Source of the DNA: Chrysomallon squamiferum
Lineage: Eukaryota; Animalia; Mollusca
Assembly: GCA_012295275.1 (NCBI GenBank)
Contig: CM022669.1
Coordinates: forward strand, 16,244,001 to 16,308,000
Length of the DNA: 64,000 bases
Reading direction: 5' to 3'
The position numbers and the translations under genes were made by a program. Of the stretch, positions 56,940 through 64,000 are shown piece after piece. The notes under the pieces were generated by a model. That model was not told the DNA's origin. It saw nothing but the letters and a program-made list of their open reading frames with translations, and ran no database searches. How positions within the stretch are numbered: the stretch's first letter is position 1; each line of letters starts with the position of its first letter.

Positions 56940-58012
56940 TTATTTTCTTTCTTTCATTCTTTCTTTCTTTGTTTATTTACTTACATTCTAACTGATGATC
57001 ACTTGATTTATTAATGTTTAAAAAATTAATATACCGCCACTTAATTCTACATTTGATCAAAACCAACAACTAATTATTCTCGTTGAACAGATGATCAATT
57101 TAAACTACCATTTCTGACTGACCTTATACGAACTCAGTATTCATTGTTTGCCAATACTATCAGACCTAACTTTCGCATAAGCTGACGCACAAGTGACGTA
57201 ACGTTTAATAAATTGGCTATATTCATCCAGGTATAGCCTAATTATAACAAGGTAAATCGTTAACAAGCTGCCATATTTCTTTCTTTCCTTCTTAGCTTTT
57301 TCTTTTTCTTTTTTTTTCTTGAACAGGAAAAAAATCGATATTATCGATCACACGGAAACGTCCTTTAAGCTCTGGTCATACAATCAGTCTTCAGTGGGGG
57401 GGAACACGTCACGTGATCGATCTTATGAGGACACGTGATCGGAGAGTAATGAGGTTATCGGACTTGTTTGACGTAAGGATCACTTGATTGGCCTTGTGTT
57501 GGAAACAGACTGTGACAGTTGGCCGTGTATTGCGCACTGTGTGTGGAACACTGTCGATGGAACAAGACATCTGACAGTCTCATCCGTCAGAGGTCGCGTC
57601 CGTGACGGACGTAGCTGGACCTTTATATATATTAAATGTTTCCTTTCAGTTGTAGATCGTAACGTCTTTCCCAAAGCAATGACTTTTCTGTCGTTCCTAA
57701 GACTGAAAGAATCCATAATTGTATAATGTTTCAAAAGTTATCGAGGAAGACGTTTAAATCATCAAATTGTCAAATTGCTCTGTCTTTAATACAATAACTT
57801 AAAGTTGTTTTTGAAATACAAAGATATTTCTGTCGAAACTAACTTGTCTTCCTACACAGTAACCTAACAATGTCCTGTTTAATTTATCCATTCTGCTGTG
57901 AAGTTTTGACCCCGGAGACAATTGTACCTCAACCCTGACTTTCGCCTTTGATCTGAAGCCCGTTCCGGATAAGTAACTAAGCCATGTGGAAGTCCTTACC
58001 CAATATATACAT

Positions 58013-58134
58013 TACTGTCTGTGAGAAGGTGCATATGAAAATCATTTATTGCTAATTTTTGAAATGTTAAATAAAAAAGGAAATAAAATTTAATATAACA
58101 TAACGAATGAGTCGTCACATAAAGTTTTTCTACC
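58013..58134 (+). repeat. ~122-bp dispersed repeat, homologous to 60648-60771 (probable 5'-truncated SINE body)
   Basis: tactgtctgtgagaaggtgc.tatgaaaat.atttattgctaattttt..gaaatgttaaataaaa...taaaatttaatataa...atgagtcgtcacataaag shared in direct orientation. Confidence 0.85.
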
Positions 58135-59601
58135 TTTTTTAACTTTAGGCATGTCGATCTAATGTGAAAAATATATATAGTAATATTTTATAAATGAAAA
58201 TGAAATAATGGAGAAGTAGACAGATATATATATATATAACTGAATATTCTATTTAACTTGTGAATTTTCATACAAACTCAAGTGATCGATTTAGCATCAA
58301 TGAGATGCTGGCAATGTTTTCATCGGAACATAAAGAGCATTAAGAACATTAAGAACACTAAGCATTTGGCTCGTTCACCGGATCTTGTTTACTGTTTCAT
58401 ATACTGGACTGAGAAAGGCCGCACTTGCACTAGAATTATTAATAAAATTCGTCTATAATTGTTTTCCCAGGACACTTTTTTCACGAGGTTCATATATCAC
58501 AGGCTAAGAAAAAAAAAATATTTTTCTAAATTCCGGAAACCTGTCTTAGCCAATCCGCAGCATATTTACTTTCCGCAACCAGTTAATTTACTTTCCGCAT
58601 TTAGCAGCTTACCTGCTTTTCTGTCGTTATATATTTGCAGTTAACTTGATTGTTTAATAGCTGTTGACGTGTAGATAAACAAATTTATCTTGCCGTGTTA
58701 TTTTATTCCAGTGTCACAAAGGAAATTTATTTGTTTTCCTGATTCTTTGTTTGATTTAATACCTTGTCGGTTTAACTTGTTTGTGTTTTGTATTTTTATT
58801 TAATACATCGTTTATGGGTAGGTTTATGTTTTTATTTATGTGTTTGTTTACCTCTGTTGTTTTTCTTCTGTTCTTTTCTTTTTTTCGTAAGGGAACTTAT
58901 ATTGTTATTATTATTTGCTTGTTACTTGTTCTTGTGCTTCTTATTCTTTTCATCATCAACATTATTATTACTGTTGTTGTTGTTATTATTATTACTATTA
59001 TTATTGTTGTTGTTGTTGTTGCGACAGAATTAATGAGAAGGTATGGAGTTGTTCTGAATTATCGCTATGGAGACTGGAACAGAAAAGCAACACTATTCCC
59101 TACCAGTCTAAAAATCCAAAAAGTTAATTTCTGTTCCAACTAGATTTTTTAACTCTTCAGTTCATTTTTATATATATATTTATTTTTTATTTTTGTTTTA
59201 ACTTTCCTGTTTTCATTTAATTCCAAAATCATCTATATTTATTATATCTGTTACTGACGACAGTCAGTACTAACAATCATGCTAAATTTTTCTCTTGTTT
59301 TTTATTCCACGTTTTACTCATTTGATAAAAGAGACGATGTAGAGACGTATAATCTGTTATCAGCACTAAACGCTGGAGAGGCCCATTAACGGTTATTGCG
59401 CGCACGTTCGATATAAAAAAAATAGTTCCACGCTATTTATTATCCATCAGATTGATGCTGCTGGCTGCGAAATCGATGCCGCAGACGTCGCCGCATGTTC
59501 ACGTCTGCGGACACATGGCCGATAGGCTAAAGCTGGATTTACAATATCAAAATAATCTGTCTGGGAATTTTTACATCTACTAATAAAAAGAAAAAGCCAT
59601 C

Positions 59602-59755
59602 CCACGACGTAAGGATATAATGACACTAACTCTGTGAGGTGTCTGGTTTTTTTGATAGCTTGTGAGATACACTGGTGAAAATGATACGACATTCGCAGGT
59701 ATTCCACGACGTAAGGATATAATGATACTAATTGTGTGGGGTTTTGTTTTTTCTA
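59602..59755 (+). repeat. ~50-bp direct repeat pair (59602 and 59704)
   Basis: ccacgacgtaaggatataatgaYactaa present twice, 102 bp apart. Confidence 0.85.
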
Positions 59756-60542
59756 ATACTAAATCTAGCCTAGAGCTGTATCGATGAGAGTGATACAACA
59801 TAAACCAAGTTTTTTTTTTATTTGTAAACTAGTACACTGACCGGTACACATACTGTGTGTGATGTTTTAACGTTAGCGTTGACCTTTTTAATGGTAGGAG
59901 TTGGACCACCTACATAAATCTTCTCGTTGTAAAAAATGGCTGTGTTAACTTCCTTATATATTAGCATTAATTTTATTTAAGAGAGATAGGTGATGTACTG
60001 TAATTTATTATTATTCGTATGTACATAACTGTTTGTTCTTTCTGACATCCAGAACTGATCAAAAAGAAACTAAAGCGGCTTATGAATATGTGGAAAGATT
60101 TCAGAAGACAGAAGGAGTCAAGAACTTTACATTTATTTAATTTATTTTATTTTATATAAACGAAAAATGTAAAATAATATATATATATTATTTTACATTT
60201 TTTTTTTTTTTTTTTTTTTTTTTTATTTTTTGTTGTTGTTGTTCTGCCTGAAATCTTTAAAAAAGATTCTAAAAATTTATGTCATTTTTCTTTTCATCTG
60301 GATAGCTTTACTTTTATGTCGTTTCCTTTTGTTTTTATATCATGTCTCTGGAGACTTTGTAGAAATTTAGTAAAGTTCACATCAGATCAAACTGTGAACT
60401 ACGTCGGATCTGAGAGCAAAGACCAATAACACAGGCTGACGCCATAAACAATGTTTAAGTTAATAAAATAAGAACCTTCGAGGTGAGACAGTGTAATGAT
60501 GCTAGGATTCCCAGTTTGTGGTGGTTTAACCTTCCAGCCAAT

Positions 60543-60771
60543 AGGGTCAAGCTATGGCTTAGTGGTTACAAGGAAAACGTGAAAATGTATTAGGTCGCAT
60601 GATCAATCCTCCTATGCAAAATGCGAAATGTAAATGATATGGATTTGTACTGTCTGTGAGAAGGTGCTTATGAAAATTATTTATTGCTAATTTTTTGAAA
60701 TGTTAAATAAAACACGAATTAAAATTTAATATAATAAAACGCATGAGTCGTCACATAAAGAATTTCTATCT
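60543..60771 (+). mobile_element. tRNA-derived SINE-like element (decayed)
   Basis: Pol III A-box TGGCTTAGTGG (60555-60565) and B-box-like GATCAATCC (60601-60609) at tRNA-like spacing, followed by a body that is repeated at 58013-58134. Confidence 0.55.
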
Positions 60772-60825
60772 TATTTTACTTTAAGCTACCAGATATATCA
60801 CATCTAAGGATAAACTGGAGAACCA

Positions 60826-61036
<211 letters not shown>

Positions 61037-61440
61037 ACAGTAGTTAACAAACACAAAACTCAAAAAAACGAAATTAAATGACAGAGAAAGTAAAATAAAA
61101 AAGAAACTGTAAGAAACATAAAATAAACAAATAAAGGAAAGCGACAGAAAAAACCCTTTAAAGAATGTTCTTTCTCAGAAAGAAATGTGCGTCCCATTTC
61201 ACACTCTAACGGTCTATAAAGTATATGGACTGTTTATGTAGATTATTAAAAGTTATTTAAAACGTCAGGCGCATACTTGTACGTGAGACACCAGTTCTTT
61301 GATATCGTTTCCATTACACCGTACTTTGTACAACAATCTAGTATCCTATACAATGATATTACAGCTTGTCAAGATTCAAGCTGTTTTATTTGGTCATAAA
61401 TCACATACAAAGAACATAATATATCCAAATGAACACAATG

Positions 61441-61477
<37 letters not shown>

Positions 61478-64000
61478 ATACATTATACGTACACGTTCAT
61501 TTAAATATATTTAAAATAAGCAACAAAAGATTTATTAACATTTTTTTGTCCGGAGAGTAATATAATATGAAACATGATCGCACACAGGTACAAGTACTCA
61601 GATACTGAAACATATACACACAGATTTATGCGCAGTCACACACACACACAGACAGACAGACGCACAAACACTCTGCCACATATACAAACACAGACACAAA
61701 CACGCAAAGACACACAAACCACAATGCACATAAATGCATAATTTGGATATACGTATACACAAACGCACACAAAAACACGATACATATACTTACAGATACA
61801 TAACACAAACACGCGCACACACATATATATACACACACACACACACAAACGTAATTCTCTGCACTCATTTAACACTTCGTCGTACACTTTTATTGGCTGA
61901 CCTGTAGACTTTCCGCTAAATCCCACAGAACAATTTATGTTGTGGTCGTCGCTGTTTTGTTCTTAGCTCTTACTCCTAAGAGACATTCCGTGTCACGCAC
62001 TACAAAGAAGATTATATTTATTATTTCCGCCACTGAATAAACATCCCAGATAAATGACCAGGCCATGCTATATAAACTAGATGCAAAGCTCTGAAAGGGA
62101 TACAGGTTTCTAAGCATATTACGAAGTGATTTATTAGAAATAAAATATAATGATAGAGATAGAGACAAGTTTTTTTTTTTTTTTTTTTTTTTTAAACTGA
62201 AAGTTTTAAGAAGATAAAACAACTTTACATTTTTACTTATTTATATTTTTATATGTTTATTATCTAAGACATTGTGAAAAATTAGGAATAGAAGTGTTTT
62301 ATTATTTTATTAAATTAGAGAAAAGTCTTAGTAAACTAAATATATGGCTAATTTTTCTTTTCTTTTTGGGGCTTTTTTGTTTTCTTAATGATTTTGTTTT
62401 ACTTTATGAACAGTGTAGATTTTGTGTTGTTTGTTTGTTTATTTTACTAGAAAGAAAAACCAAACATTACGTAGGAATGTATCGTATTTCTTCTAAATGA
62501 TTTATAACGCTTTGAAAATATTTGATTACATGACACCATTGTATATACTTATATGCAGTAAAATAAAATGAAAGAAAAATGAATTAATAAACAAATATAA
62601 TACTGAAAATAAGAAAAAGGTTGTTTGCAAGTATAACTTGATCTATACTGCCAACGAAACAAGACGACGTCGTGAACGTGGGCATACTCTGAAGACACTG
62701 ATTATCAAGATATTATGCTGATGACGGTGATGATTAAAATTAATATAATGAAGAAATATGAAAAATTATTCCTTTAATTTTGTGAAAGATCATCCAAATT
62801 TCAAAAAAGTAAATTAATCTGTAGCATAATGTACATTCTGTAAAATAAAAAAATAAAATTATTATTATTTTTTTTTTTTTGTCAATTTTTTTAATGTCTA
62901 ATTTAATAGTCATCTGATATTAACCTATAATCACCAGTTTTATATGTTCTGTTATATATATCTATCTCTATTTTTTATGAGTTTACCTATCTATTTGTTT
63001 ACAGGCGAGGAATCGTTAGAATACAAAATGGCTTCTTACAGGAAACGAAGATATCTGATTACCATCTGAAGTCTGTCTTCAATCAATATTTCACGAAACA
63101 AAACAAGAGGAACAAATCGATTCGAAAAATGAAATAAAAGAAAGAGCTAATGAACGAACGGCTGTTTGAAAGAGTGAGGAATAAAGAAAGAACGCTGTTT
63201 TAAGAAGTTGAAACAAAGGCTGACATTTGTGTTACCATTATTAATATAATGATGTAAATACAAATACTAAACACACACACATTATATATATATATATATA
63301 TATTTACACACACATACATATACATAGATACATCATGCATACATACATACATACATACATTTACACACACAACACACATTTACACATACACACATTGGCA
63401 CATACATACACACAGGTACGTATGAAAAAGGATTACAAGAACAAAAATACAAAAGTTAACGTATGTAAATCAGAATAACAGATAAACGAGAAATCGACTT
63501 ACCATATTGTCAAGGGAATGAAACGTGACCGACGAGTTTGCTGTGATTAACAGAAGTCGAAAACAACAACAGCTACTACTACTCTTCTCATTAGACGCAT
63601 TTAACTGACTTAAACCATAGATTTTGTGCAAGAAGTAGAACTCTTCTGTATGTCAACCCCTCGTTATGATGTTTTACAGTAAAAGAACATTTGCGAGGGA
63701 AGAAGAAACACTCGACCAGCTGATACCGTGACGACACTAACAGCCATTACGACACCATTTTCACATCTAAACATTGCTGTTCAGTGTTGACTTTAGTAGA
63801 CTCTTCAGTGAAAGGTGAACCACCGACAAGACAAATCTTACCTTTTGTGAAGAGTCAAGATGAGTATTGAGAACGCATTTAATTTATACTTGTGAATGTA
63901 CATATGTCTGATAAGATTAATAAGCTATAGTTCTGAAAGATACAAATATTCAGTTGTTGTTTTTTTCAATCTAAGTAGGTAAAAGTATTCCTTTGTATCT

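Overview
AT-rich, microsatellite-dense animal genomic DNA. It looks invertebrate and probably lophotrochozoan or mollusc-like, but the taxon cannot be fixed from the sequence alone. Only one protein-coding gene is well supported: an uninterrupted, GC-rich ORF at 2014-3117 (minus strand) encoding a type II cAMP-dependent protein kinase regulatory subunit (PKA-RII), with a D/D domain, an RRQS inhibitor site and two cyclic-nucleotide-binding domains. Both of its phosphate-binding cassettes carry a PKG-like hydroxyl residue (PRS201, PRT324) where PKA R subunits normally have Ala, which suggests cGMP-permissive activation. The roughly 60 kb upstream has no recognisable CDS. It holds simple repeats, two degenerate minisatellites, a TA-flanked Tc1/mariner-type MITE, decayed tRNA-derived SINE-like copies, short local duplications and complex enhancer-like islands, plus at least eight perfect CRE palindromes (TGACGTCA). 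All other ORFs in the track are microsatellite artefacts, antisense shadows or unsupported.
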